From an uncultured Terriglobales bacterium (GTDB lineage: Bacteria; Acidobacteriota; Terriglobia; Terriglobales; Acidobacteriaceae): DNA of 64,000 bases. Of this stretch, positions 9,022-17,837 are shown piece after piece. Below the pieces are notes generated by a model. It was not told where the DNA came from. It saw nothing but the letters and a program-made list of their open reading frames with translations, and did not search any database. Position numbers and translations under genes: made by a program. The DNA is taken from positions 1,377 to 65,376 of the forward strand of contig CAYWSH010000002.1 of assembly GCA_964460655.1 (NCBI GenBank), given 5' to 3'. Within the stretch, counting starts at the first letter, position 1. Each line of letters starts with the position of its first letter.

Positions 9022-9738
9022 TTACGCGCGACGACGACGCGCGCGGATCAAGCCGGCGAGGCCGCCGAACATCAGCGCCATGCTGCCCGGCTCGGGAACC
9101 TGGCCGCAGTTGGAAACGCAGACTTGCGTACCCGTCTGGCTGTCGGGTCCCGTACCAAACAGGAAGGTCACGGAAGCAATGTCCGGTGCACTGTTGAATC
9201 CCGAATAAGTGACTACGAATTGCACATTGCCGAGGAGATACGGATTGTGCGGCCCGTTATCCAGACCACCGGTGCAGCTTCCTGTGCAGGCAGCATTGAT
9301 TGTGCTGTTGACGATCTCGTAGGGATGCGTACCAGTGCCGCCGCCGGGTCGCAAGGAAACGTTGCTACCGTTCTGTGCTGTACCCCACGTGTAGGGCGAG
9401 CTTCCCGACGTTGCGACGCAGGTACCGCTGGTGCAATCAATCACGCCGCCACTGGCGCTGACAGAACTAAGGCTGATGCTCGACGCCGTTCCGCTGGAGA
9501 AGGCAAAAATGATCCCGGTGAGCGTTTCGCCGATGGCGTGCATGGTCGGCGAAGTGTTCGTCAGGGTGATCGTCATGCCGGTGGAGGTGATGCTGGAAAA
9601 TGTCGCTTGCGCGGCAGCGGTGTATCCCGGGTCGGATGGTGCGGGACCGGAGGCCGTGAAGATAGTGGTCGCCAGCGCCGAGCTTGCTACCAAAGCGACC
9701 ACAGTCAAAGCCATCGCTACGATGCGGAACGTCTTCAT
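9022..9738 (-). CDS. PEP-CTERM sorting-domain protein (exosortase cargo)
   Basis: 238 aa. N-terminal signal peptide (..VASSALA|TT). Thr/Ser/Gly-rich body with Cys pairs. The C-terminus VPEPGSMALMFGGLAGLIRARRRRA has the PEP motif, a TM helix and an Arg cluster. Confidence 0.9.
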   Translation of the reverse strand: MKTFRIVAMALTVVALVASSALATTIFTASGPAPSDPGYTAAAQATFSSITSTGMTITLTNTSPTMHAIGETLTGIIFAFSSGTASSISLSSVSASGGVIDCTSGTCVATSGSSPYTWGTAQNGSNVSLRPGGGTGTHPYEIVNSTINAACTGSCTGGLDNGPHNPYLLGNVQFVVTYSGFNSAPDIASVTFLFGTGPDSQTGTQVCVSNCGQVPEPGSMALMFGGLAGLIRARRRRA

Positions 9739-9774
9739 TGAACCCCCATCAGGACACCAAACTAGCCCAGTAAC

Positions 9775-9790
9775 TGCATTTTGGGGGCCA
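9775..9790 (-). promoter_or_regulatory. Candidate sigma-54 (-24/-12) promoter for the PEP-CTERM protein gene
   Basis: The minus strand reads TGGCCCC-CAAA-ATGCA with correct GG/GC spacing. It lies about 37 nt upstream of the ATG at 9738. Confidence 0.4.
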
Positions 9791-9890
9791 CGATGGGAAT
9801 ATCTGCCGCACCAATAGGCCTGCGTAAGCGATTGATAATAAAATGGTTACAGCATCCACAGGAAGCGCCCGGCGAGGCTGCACCTGCGTG

Positions 9891-9908
9891 TATGCAACCC
9901 GTTGCATA
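9891..9908. promoter_or_regulatory. Perfect dyad TATGCAAC-CC-GTTGCATA, candidate activator (UAS) site
   Basis: 8-nt arms with a 2-nt spacer. That is too short a loop for an RNA hairpin, so a protein-binding site is more likely. It is centred about 110 bp upstream of the TGGC at 9790. Confidence 0.4.
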
Positions 9909-9948
9909 CTTGGCGGTCGCTTTTCCGAGGCCCTGGGGGGACGCCGAC

Positions 9949-10593
9949 CTAGCGTGGGATGTACTCATCCAAGGTCGGCATGAGTGACTGCGCGAAGTTG
10001 ATGGCACGTTTCTCAGCCATCGCCAATTCCTCACCGCGCGGCAACGGCGTCACCAATCGCACCAGCGAACCGTCGCTGCGATTCATGCTTATGGCATCCG
10101 TCGTCATGTAGATCTTGGCCCAATACTCACTGGCAACGATGCGCCCATGGGCTTGATACCAATACAGGACGAGCTGCCGGTCCAAGCCTTTCGCCACGAT
10201 GTAACGGTTCACCAGCACGGTATGGCCGTGCGAATCGCGCAGCGGGATGCGCGCGTCTTCGATCGGAGTCCATCCCGAGCCGGGCAGGCAATTCTTCGGC
10301 GAGTGGATGGTTGAGCCGGTGCGTTGCGTGGGGAAGTAGGCCAGAAAGACGTCCATCGGCGGCTCACCCGCACGGGCGAAGCCTCGCTCCGCGAATTCCC
10401 CGTCACCGAGGATGTCGCGCGTCGCCTGGTCTATCGAGATGTCGTGACCTTCCCACCCGTTGAACTGCACCGGGAAACTCGCCACCGGTTTACGCAGCGG
10501 AATGCGTTCGGGCTGGCTGCGCGCGTAGAGGAACGCACCCGTGCCGGCCAGCAAAGCAGTCATCATGGCAAAACGCAGCCATCCGGGTCGCAT
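9949..10593 (-). CDS. epsI: EpsI family protein (exosortase-associated)
   Basis: 214 aa with an N-terminal TM helix. Its start overlaps the xrtA stop by 1 nt (TGATG). Family-typical strings F..W.G.D..I.. and STIHSPKNCLPGSGW. Confidence 0.75.
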   Translation of the reverse strand: MRPGWLRFAMMTALLAGTGAFLYARSQPERIPLRKPVASFPVQFNGWEGHDISIDQATRDILGDGEFAERGFARAGEPPMDVFLAYFPTQRTGSTIHSPKNCLPGSGWTPIEDARIPLRDSHGHTVLVNRYIVAKGLDRQLVLYWYQAHGRIVASEYWAKIYMTTDAISMNRSDGSLVRLVTPLPRGEELAMAEKRAINFAQSLMPTLDEYIPR

Positions 10594-11483
10594 CAGGCAG
10601 GCACCTCGCGCTTGCGGCCGATCAAGCTCAGCAGTTGATGAACACCTAATAGCAAGCCTACCGAGAGCACGAAGATGATCCAGCCGGAGAATTCATGAAA
10701 GAAACCCTCGGCTTTCGCTGGGTCCCAGTACTCGACGCAGAGGCCCGTGCCAAAAATGCGCAGCGCGTTGGCCGCCACCGCGATCGGGATCGAGGAGAAA
10801 GCGAGCACGACGCGCTTCCATATCTTCGGCTCCAGGAAGTAGCCGTACATGACGGCGAGCGTGCCGAGGGTCATCAAGGAGCGAACGCCGCTGCACGCCT
10901 CCGCCACTTCCAGTTTCATGGCGGCGAGCGATAAGACATTGCCTTCCCGCAACACCGCAACGCCGACGTTGCTCAGCAGACCGGCAGCCAGTTGCGACGC
11001 CAGGAACTGCAGCGGGAAAGTGATCTGGTTAAAGATGATGTTCGGGATCGGGATCATCAAAAGCAGGCAGGCCCAGGGAAACAGGAGTGCCTTGAAATGC
11101 TCCCAGCCGAGAAAATTGAGAATCAGGCCGGCGATCAGCACTACGATAGAGAACCGCGCCAGGAAGAGTTCAGCCCCCAAGGTCCCAAGCACTAGGATCA
11201 TCAGCGCCAGACCCGATATCGCGATCCCCCACCACGACGGGCGGGGCACTATTTTGGCTAGTTCCTCACGGCGCTGCCACGCCACGAAAGCGGAGAAGGC
11301 CGGCACAAAGAAGCCGTGGGAGAAATTGGGGTCTTCCCACCATTGATTGACCAGGCGGACCAGTGTGGGGTAGTAAAGAATGCCGGCAAGGCCCGCCAGG
11401 ACTCCCAGTTGCACCAGCCAAATGCGCGACCCGGATTCGAACGGCGAGGCGGGTTTGGCGGCAGACGTAGCGGCGGCGTTCAT
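10593..11483 (-). CDS. xrtA: Exosortase A (EpsH/XrtA family)
   Basis: 296-aa polytopic membrane protein. Conserved exosortase Cys motif EACSGVRSL. Adjacent EpsI, PEP-CTERM cargo and PEP-CTERM-type EPS genes. Confidence 0.8.
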   Translation of the reverse strand: MNAAATSAAKPASPFESGSRIWLVQLGVLAGLAGILYYPTLVRLVNQWWEDPNFSHGFFVPAFSAFVAWQRREELAKIVPRPSWWGIAISGLALMILVLGTLGAELFLARFSIVVLIAGLILNFLGWEHFKALLFPWACLLLMIPIPNIIFNQITFPLQFLASQLAAGLLSNVGVAVLREGNVLSLAAMKLEVAEACSGVRSLMTLGTLAVMYGYFLEPKIWKRVVLAFSSIPIAVAANALRIFGTGLCVEYWDPAKAEGFFHEFSGWIIFVLSVGLLLGVHQLLSLIGRKREVPA

Positions 11484-11852
11484 TGACCCTTGTTTTGTAC
11501 GGCCGGATTCTGTCGCATCCTACTACAGCTGCCGCGAGCGATTCTACGGGTCTGAACGGCCATGAAGGGCCTCGGCGACCATGTGCTTGCGACAAATGTG
11601 AAAAGTATTTCATCTACGTCCATCGGTTTTCCACTCGCCAGAAGTGCTGCGAGCCACTGAAAACAAAGCCTTTGGCGATTTGTGCTGCTGCAGCTACCAC
11701 CGCTTCATCTCAAAAGGGTAATAGTTTTCTCTCTTTGAGAGGAAAAGATTTGTCCTTTTTTCCCCATCCCGTCGCCGTGATTGGAGCGCTAAACCATTCT
11801 AGAAAAACGGCTTACCTTGAGTACACCAAAGTAACTTCCACTTCTTGTCCAT

Positions 11853-11868
11853 TGGCCCCGGGAGTGCA
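11853..11868 (+). promoter_or_regulatory. Weak candidate sigma-54 (-24/-12) element upstream of the regulator gene
   Basis: TGGCCCC-GGGA-GTGCA with correct GG/GC spacing, about 65 nt upstream of the ATG at 11934. It has more mismatches to the consensus than the other two elements. Confidence 0.25.
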
Positions 11869-11933
11869 TTAGAGTAGAGCGAACATCCGGTCAGGGCCCC
11901 ATAATCCAGTAAAAGTGCCTTCCGGGAGGAAGC

Positions 11934-12899
11934 ATGCAATCGTCTGTCGCCAACGGCGCAACCGCGCCCGCGCACAGCGCTTGGACGCCGGCGTCGTTCG
12001 TCTACGGAAACAGCGCAGCGATGCGCGCCGTGGAGCGCGTGATCGCGAACCTCGCCGCCGCCGATGTGCCGGTATTGATCGTCGGCGAAAGCGGTACGGG
12101 CAAGCGAACGGCGGCCTACCAGATCCATCAGCGTTCCGCCGCGAACCAGCGGCCTTTTGTGAACGTAGCATGCTCGACCCTGGGTGCCGATTTCTTCTCC
12201 AATCCTCACAACGGCAACGGACACAACGGTGAAACGCTCCATGCGCACAACTTCCTGGCGCGGGGCACGATCCTGCTGGAAGAGATAGCGGACCTGGATG
12301 GTTCGCTGCAGCCGCGTCTGTTGCACGCCATCCTGGGCGCCGAGCGCGAGGGCCAAGCCGGGCGATTAATCTGCTGCTCGCGCAAGAACCTGGAACAGGA
12401 AGTGCGAAATGGTCGCTTCCGCGAAGACCTTTATTACCGCCTGAACGGCGTTTGTCTGCGCATGCCGCCGCTGCGCCATCGCAAGGAAGATATCCCTGAA
12501 CTCACACAGTTCTTCCTGCGGAAGTACGCCGCGCAGTTCCAGCGCCCCGAGCCGGTGCTGAGCGCCGATGGCATGGCGCTGTTAGTGGAGCATAGCTGGC
12601 CCGGCAATGTCCGCGAGCTGGAGAACACGGCCCGCGCCCTCGTCGCCATGGGCGAAGAGGAGATGGCGCTGAGTGCGCTGCGCCGGCCGGCGCGGCGCGC
12701 ACACCGTGCGGTGGAAGGGGTTTCGCTGAAAGAGGCTTCGCGCGCGGCTTCGCGCCAGGCGGAGCGCGAACTGATCCTCAAGGCGCTCTCGAAAACGCGC
12801 TGGAACCGCAAGCGCGCAGCGCAGGAGCTACAGATCAGCTACAAGGCATTGCTCTACAAGCTCAAGCAGATCGGCCTCGACGACTACGCGACGTCGTGA
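11934..12899 (+). CDS. Enhancer-binding-protein-like AAA+ transcriptional regulator (Fis-type HTH) lacking a receiver domain and the GAFTGA loop
   Basis: Walker A GESGTGKR, Walker B ILLEEI, RFREDLYYRL, PLRHRKEDIP, WPGNVRELEN, and C-terminal HTH RKRAAQELQISYKALLYKLKQ. Where GAFTGA is expected, the protein reads FFSNPHNGNGHNGETLHAHNF. Good RBS (GGGAGGAAGC before the ATG). Confidence 0.85.
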   Translation: MQSSVANGATAPAHSAWTPASFVYGNSAAMRAVERVIANLAAADVPVLIVGESGTGKRTAAYQIHQRSAANQRPFVNVACSTLGADFFSNPHNGNGHNGETLHAHNFLARGTILLEEIADLDGSLQPRLLHAILGAEREGQAGRLICCSRKNLEQEVRNGRFREDLYYRLNGVCLRMPPLRHRKEDIPELTQFFLRKYAAQFQRPEPVLSADGMALLVEHSWPGNVRELENTARALVAMGEEEMALSALRRPARRAHRAVEGVSLKEASRAASRQAERELILKALSKTRWNRKRAAQELQISYKALLYKLKQIGLDDYATS

Positions 12900-12919
12900 C
12901 CGGACAAAAGGAGACACAG

Positions 12920-13567
12920 ATGGCATTCATCCCCAATCCGAAATGGCTCGCGGTAGCGGCGCTCACCGCCGGCCTTGCGTTGAGTGTAGCGGCGCAGGAA
13001 AAGCCCAAGGAAGACAAGAAGGACAAGTCCGACAAGCCTGCGGCCGCGGCGCCCGCGCCGGAGGCACCGCAAGCCCCTACGGAAGGCGAGTACAAGCTGG
13101 GAGCGAATGACGTCCTGACGATCAACGTATGGAAAGAACCCGACTTCAGCACGCAAGCGATCGTGCGTTCGGACGGGAAGATCACGCTGAACCTGCTGGG
13201 CGACATCCAGGCGACCGGACTGACGCCGGCGCAGCTGGGCGAGTCGGTCACCGAAAAGCTGAAGAAGTACCTCAGTGAGCCGCGCGTTACGGTGACGGTG
13301 ACGCAGATGAACAGCCAGCGGATCTTTGTGATGGGCCAGGTGGGCCGCGGCGGTGCGTTCCCGCTGCTGCCGGGAACCACGATCATGCAAGCCTTGTCGT
13401 ATGCAGGCGGCCCGAACCAGAACGCCAATCCGAAGAAGATCTATCTGCTCCGTAAGGAGAACGGGAAGGAAACGAAGTATCCCTTCAACTACGAGCAGGT
13501 GCTGAAGGGTGTGCACTGGGAGCAGAACCTGCAATTGAAGCCGGGCGACACCATCGTTGTTCCGTAA
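12920..13567 (+). CDS. Polysaccharide export protein (Wza/Poly_export + SLBB; PEP-CTERM locus type)
   Basis: ORF 12896..13567 trimmed to MAFIPNPKW.. (AAGGAGA 6 nt upstream). It has a signal peptide. Motifs NDVLTINVWKEPD, DGKITLNLLGDIQATGLTPAQL and PGDTIVVP. Confidence 0.85.
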   Translation: MAFIPNPKWLAVAALTAGLALSVAAQEKPKEDKKDKSDKPAAAAPAPEAPQAPTEGEYKLGANDVLTINVWKEPDFSTQAIVRSDGKITLNLLGDIQATGLTPAQLGESVTEKLKKYLSEPRVTVTVTQMNSQRIFVMGQVGRGGAFPLLPGTTIMQALSYAGGPNQNANPKKIYLLRKENGKETKYPFNYEQVLKGVHWEQNLQLKPGDTIVVP

Positions 13568-13591
13568 GGACCGACGCGAGCAGGAGCGCAT

Positions 13592-15166
13592 ATGAAGCGA
13601 TTGACGATGATCTTGATGCTGACGGTGGCCGTGAGCCTGCCGATGGCAGGGCAGCAGCCGGCGCCGAAGACGGATCCCAAGGCGGCGCCTAAGACGGATA
13701 CGAAGACGGATGCTAAACCGGCATCGCCCGCGCAGCCGACGAACAGCGCGAGCCAGAAGACGGAGCCGTCGACTACCGACAAGCCCGCGTCCGCGACGCC
13801 GCAAGCGATGCAGCCGGATCAACCGCTGCAGCCGCTGCCCGGTGACCCGGCTGGTGCGTCGTCCACGCCGGCGACTCCGGAAGGCTTCGATGCTGAGACC
13901 GCGGCCGCGAGCGACGATGTGACGGAGATGCGCCCGTTGTCCGGCTCGCTGGCGCAGACTCTCACCCCGGCGGGGCGGAGTCGCGACATCGGGCACGTCA
14001 TGTTCATGCCCTCATTCAGCGCGGGAACATCGTGGGACAGTGCCGCGCAGCAAACGCCCAGCGGCGCCCGCAAGGGCGATATCGTTAACAATTTTGGTGG
14101 TCAGCTTGAGCTGCAGCGCGTCACCCGGGCATCGCAGACGGCTTTGCGCTACAGCGGCGGTGGCACCATCTATCAGGAGAATGACAGCTTCAACAGCAGC
14201 TATCACCGCGTGGCGGCGCACCAGGCGTTCCGGAATCGCCGCTGGACGGTGACGTTCGGCGACCAGGCCGAGTATCTGCCGCAATCACCGTTCGGCTACA
14301 GCCACTTCTTGCCCAGCGAGCGTCCCATCGATCTGGGATCCAGTTTCGCGCCCGACCAATCCATCGGGGCGACTGAAGAGAAACGCCTCAGCAACACTGC
14401 GCTGGGTGAAGTGACGTATCGCTTCTCGAAGCGTATCTCGGGGACGGCTTCGGGCGGCTACGGCTTCCTGCACTTTCTGAACGACCGTAGCGCGCTGTTC
14501 GATTCCTGGCAGGCGAACGGTAAGGCGGGACTGGACTTTACGCTGACGCGACGCGATTCCATCGCCCTGGCCTACGACACGATGCTCCAGCACTTCGAGA
14601 ACACCGGGCTCGAGATGCGGACGCACGCCGTCCAGCTCACCTATGCGCGCCGCCTGGCAGCCCGGATGAACTTCAGCATCGGCGGCGGCCCGCAGTTGAC
14701 GCGCATCGATGACCCGCGATTCAAGAATCGCCTGGGCGAAGCAGTGAGTGCGCAGTGGCAGTACGCGTTTCAGCGTGCCGGCCAGGTCGGTTTCAATTAC
14801 AGCCGCGGCGTGACCGGAGGTTCGGGCGTGCTGCAGGGTGCGATCAATGATTCGGCCGGCGCCAGCTACTCGTTCTCCCGCCGCGGATGGAGCACGAGCT
14901 GGCACTTTGGCTACACGCACAGCGAGCAGCTGACACAGCTTCGGGCAGCGACGACTGCGACCGCGCTGGGATACTCCGGCTTCACCGGCGGCGTCTCGGT
15001 GTCGCGCAACCTCGCGCGTGGCATGTCGCTCTACTTCGGCTACACCGCGACCCAACAGGACAATCTGATAGGGATCCCGTGCACGGGCCCGGGCTGTACG
15101 AATGACATCCGTCACAACGTGAATGTGGGCTTGAGCTGGCGGCCCGAACCGATCCGGTTGCAGTAA
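13592..15166 (+). CDS. Putative outer-membrane beta-barrel protein, PEP-CTERM-locus associated
   Basis: 524 aa. Signal peptide, then a Pro/Lys/Thr/Asp-rich low-complexity stretch. About 400 aa follow with alternating-hydrophobic, Gly/Tyr/Ser/Arg-rich segments typical of barrel strands. Its position between wza-like and wzz-like genes matches XrtA loci. The family name is not certain. Confidence 0.55.
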   Translation: MKRLTMILMLTVAVSLPMAGQQPAPKTDPKAAPKTDTKTDAKPASPAQPTNSASQKTEPSTTDKPASATPQAMQPDQPLQPLPGDPAGASSTPATPEGFDAETAAASDDVTEMRPLSGSLAQTLTPAGRSRDIGHVMFMPSFSAGTSWDSAAQQTPSGARKGDIVNNFGGQLELQRVTRASQTALRYSGGGTIYQENDSFNSSYHRVAAHQAFRNRRWTVTFGDQAEYLPQSPFGYSHFLPSERPIDLGSSFAPDQSIGATEEKRLSNTALGEVTYRFSKRISGTASGGYGFLHFLNDRSALFDSWQANGKAGLDFTLTRRDSIALAYDTMLQHFENTGLEMRTHAVQLTYARRLAARMNFSIGGGPQLTRIDDPRFKNRLGEAVSAQWQYAFQRAGQVGFNYSRGVTGGSGVLQGAINDSAGASYSFSRRGWSTSWHFGYTHSEQLTQLRAATTATALGYSGFTGGVSVSRNLARGMSLYFGYTATQQDNLIGIPCTGPGCTNDIRHNVNVGLSWRPEPIRLQ

Positions 15167-15201
15167 CTCCTTAAGGAAGAGAACGAGACAGGACAAGAGA
15201 G

Positions 15202-16875
15202 ATGCTTGGACACCGAGAACTGAACGTCGAAGATTATCTGCTGATGCTGCGCCGCCGCGTGTGGTGGATCATGGCCCCGATCGTCGTTGTGGCCATCCTG
15301 GGCGCCGGTGTGTCCCTCTCCATCCCCAACCGCTACACGTCACAGACGCTGGTGATGGTGGAGGGCCAGAAGGTCCCGGAGCAGTTCGTGAAGTCAGTGG
15401 TGACCGAGGAACTGAACCAGCGGCTGGGCACGATGAAAGAGCAGATCATGAGCCGCACGCGCCTGCAGCCGCTCATCGAGCGCTTCGGCCTGTTCAAGGA
15501 AGACGTGGGCCGCGTGCCGATGGAAGACCTCGTCGATCGCATGCGCCGCATGATCGACGTCACCGCCATCCGCCAGGACGTCTCGTTCCGCGGGACATCG
15601 GGTGTGCCGGGCTTCTACATCAAGTTCACCGGTGACAATCCGCGTCTTTCGCAGCAGGTCTGCCAGGAGATCACCGGCATGTTCATCTCCGAGAACCTGA
15701 AGCTGCGCGAGCAGCGCGCTCAGGGTACGACGGACTTTTTGAAGAGCCAACTCGAGGATGCCAAGCGCAACCTCGACACGCTCGACGCCAAGGTGCGCGA
15801 TTTCCGCACCAAGTACATCGGCCAGATGGGTGGCTCCGAACAGAGCAACCTGGCGATGATCCAGGGCCAGACGGCCCGCCTGGAGGCGGTGAACCAGGCG
15901 CTCACGAGGGCGCAGCAGGACAAGGCCTTTGCCGACCAGATCCTGGCGCAGGGCCTGGAGAAGTGGCAGGCCTCGCAAGCGACCGGCGACACGCCGGCCT
16001 CCGTGGTCCCCACCGAGAAGATGGAGCAGCAGCTGTCGGTGCTGCAAAACAACCTCGACTTCATGCTGCAGCGCTACACGCCGGACCATCCCGATGTGGT
16101 CAAGACCAAGGCGGACATTGCGGCCTTGAAGAAGCGCATCGAGGAGGCCAATAACGCGACCAACGCGGCCAAGCCCCCGATGACCGCAGCGGCAACGGGC
16201 AAGGGGAAGACGGAACCGCCGCAGATCCAGCAGATGCGTTATCAGGTGCAGTTGCTCGACCAATCGATCAAGGACAAGCAGCACGAGCAGGATCAACTGA
16301 AGCGTGATATCGCCACGTACCAGGCGCGCATCGCCATGAGCCCGAAGATCGAGGAAGAGGGCAAGGCCATCATGCGCGACTATCAGGTCGCACTGACGAC
16401 GTATAACGACATGCTGAACAAGCAAACGCAGTCGGAGATCTCGACCGCGCTGGAACGCCGTCAGGAAGGCGAGCAGTTCCGCATCATGGACCCGGCGAAC
16501 CTGCCGGAAAAGCCCAGCTATCCGAACCGGCCGGCGTTTGCCGGCGGCGGCGCCGCGGCGGGATTCATGATCGGGCTGGTCATCGCGGGCTTGCTGGAAT
16601 TGCGCGACAAAGCCATCTACACCGAGCGCGACGTCGAGCTCTATCTCAACCTGCCGTTGCTCATCATGCTGCCCCAACTGGGCGCCAAGCGTCCCCGCAG
16701 CGCCTTCGTGCGGCGTGGTGAGTCGAAGAGGAAGGGTGGTGGAGTCGGCGACGATGAGAAGCGCGGCTGGCGCTTCTGGCGGCGCAAGAAGAAACCCGCG
16801 GTCGCGCCCGCCGCCGCCGCGCGCGTCGCGCAACCGGCCGAGAAGCTGGACGCCGTTCCGGCGGAGGCCAAGTAA
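15202..16875 (+). CDS. Polysaccharide chain-length determinant (Wzz/GumC-like; PEP-CTERM locus type)
   Basis: N-terminal TM (WWIMAPIVVVAILGAGV) plus the Wzz motif, a long coiled-coil periplasmic region, a second TM (AAAGFMIGLVIAGLL) and a Lys/Arg-rich tail. Confidence 0.85.
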   Translation: MLGHRELNVEDYLLMLRRRVWWIMAPIVVVAILGAGVSLSIPNRYTSQTLVMVEGQKVPEQFVKSVVTEELNQRLGTMKEQIMSRTRLQPLIERFGLFKEDVGRVPMEDLVDRMRRMIDVTAIRQDVSFRGTSGVPGFYIKFTGDNPRLSQQVCQEITGMFISENLKLREQRAQGTTDFLKSQLEDAKRNLDTLDAKVRDFRTKYIGQMGGSEQSNLAMIQGQTARLEAVNQALTRAQQDKAFADQILAQGLEKWQASQATGDTPASVVPTEKMEQQLSVLQNNLDFMLQRYTPDHPDVVKTKADIAALKKRIEEANNATNAAKPPMTAAATGKGKTEPPQIQQMRYQVQLLDQSIKDKQHEQDQLKRDIATYQARIAMSPKIEEEGKAIMRDYQVALTTYNDMLNKQTQSEISTALERRQEGEQFRIMDPANLPEKPSYPNRPAFAGGGAAAGFMIGLVIAGLLELRDKAIYTERDVELYLNLPLLIMLPQLGAKRPRSAFVRRGESKRKGGGVGDDEKRGWRFWRRKKKPAVAPAAAARVAQPAEKLDAVPAEAK

Positions 16876-16877
16876 GC

Positions 16878-17837
16878 ATGTACAAACAGTTCTTCGGATT
16901 GCGCGCCAATCCGTTCAACGTCAACCCGGACCCGCGGTTCCTCTTCCTGACGCAGCACGCCAAGGAAGCGCTGGCCTGCCTCACCTACGGCATCCAGACG
17001 CGCAAAGGTTTTGTGCTGCTCACCGGCGAAGTCGGCACCGGCAAGACCACCCTGCTGAACAAGATGCAGGACTGGCTCATGCGGCAGCGTGTGAAGACCG
17101 CTTTCATCTTCAATCCGCGGCTCGATGCAGAAGGGTTCCTCGATTTCATGATGACCGACTTCGGCATTCCGGGCGGTGGCTCGGGACCGAAGAGCCAGGT
17201 GCTGTTCCGCTTGAACCAGTGGCTGCTCGAGCGTTTCCGTTCCGGCGAGACGGCAGTCCTCATTGTTGATGAGGCGCAGAACCTCACCGCCGAAGTGCTG
17301 GAAGAGATCCGGTTGCTGACGAATCTGGAGACCTCGACCGAGAAGCTGTTGCAGATCGTGCTCTCCGGCCAGCCCGAGCTGGAGTCGAAGCTCAACACGC
17401 CCGAACTGCGGCAGTTGCGGCAGCGCATCACGCTGCGCTGCCGGACGCACGCGCTGACCTTGGAAGAGACGCGCAGCTACGTGCAGCAGCGGTTGACCAT
17501 CGCGGGCGCGCAGACGCAGATCTTTTCGCCGGAGGCCATCGAGAACGTGCACCTGTTCGCGCGCGGCATCCCGCGCGTCACCAACCTGTTGTGCGAGCAC
17601 GCGCTCATCAGCGCCTTCGCCGACCAGCAGAAAGTGATCTCCGGAGAAGTCGTCGAAGCGGTGGCACGCGAGTTCGACCTGCATGAGATCGCTCCCACTG
17701 CGGCGTTGCAGACCGGCCTGAGCTCAGGCGAGAACCTCACCATGATGGATGCACTGAAGAACCTGAACACACTGGCCGAACGCCTGCGTCGTGAGCAATT
17801 GGCGATCGCCGAAGCGAAAGGGACGGGTACGAAATGA
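16878..17837 (+). CDS. ExeA-like AAA ATPase (putative secretion ATPase, PEP-CTERM locus subfamily)
   Basis: FGLRANPFNVNPDPRFLF.., Walker A GEVGTGKTTL, Walker B VLIVDEAQNL, LLQIVLSGQPEL. Confidence 0.85.
   Translation: MYKQFFGLRANPFNVNPDPRFLFLTQHAKEALACLTYGIQTRKGFVLLTGEVGTGKTTLLNKMQDWLMRQRVKTAFIFNPRLDAEGFLDFMMTDFGIPGGGSGPKSQVLFRLNQWLLERFRSGETAVLIVDEAQNLTAEVLEEIRLLTNLETSTEKLLQIVLSGQPELESKLNTPELRQLRQRITLRCRTHALTLEETRSYVQQRLTIAGAQTQIFSPEAIENVHLFARGIPRVTNLLCEHALISAFADQQKVISGEVVEAVAREFDLHEIAPTAALQTGLSSGENLTMMDALKNLNTLAERLRREQLAIAEAKGTGTK

Noticed and set aside
8317-9741. 474-aa plus-strand ORF spanning the TPR gene 5' end, an intergenic region and the PEP-CTERM gene.
   Set aside because: It crosses a strong terminator palindrome and is antisense to two well-supported genes. 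It has no motifs and a low-complexity Arg/Gly-rich translation.
11483-11872. 129-aa ORF (and ORFs 11266..11613, 11380..11565) in the xrtA-regulator intergenic region as a small Cys-containing protein.
   Set aside because: It has no RBS, atypical composition for this genome's genes and no recognisable motif. The region is better explained as regulatory DNA. It cannot be excluded without expression data.
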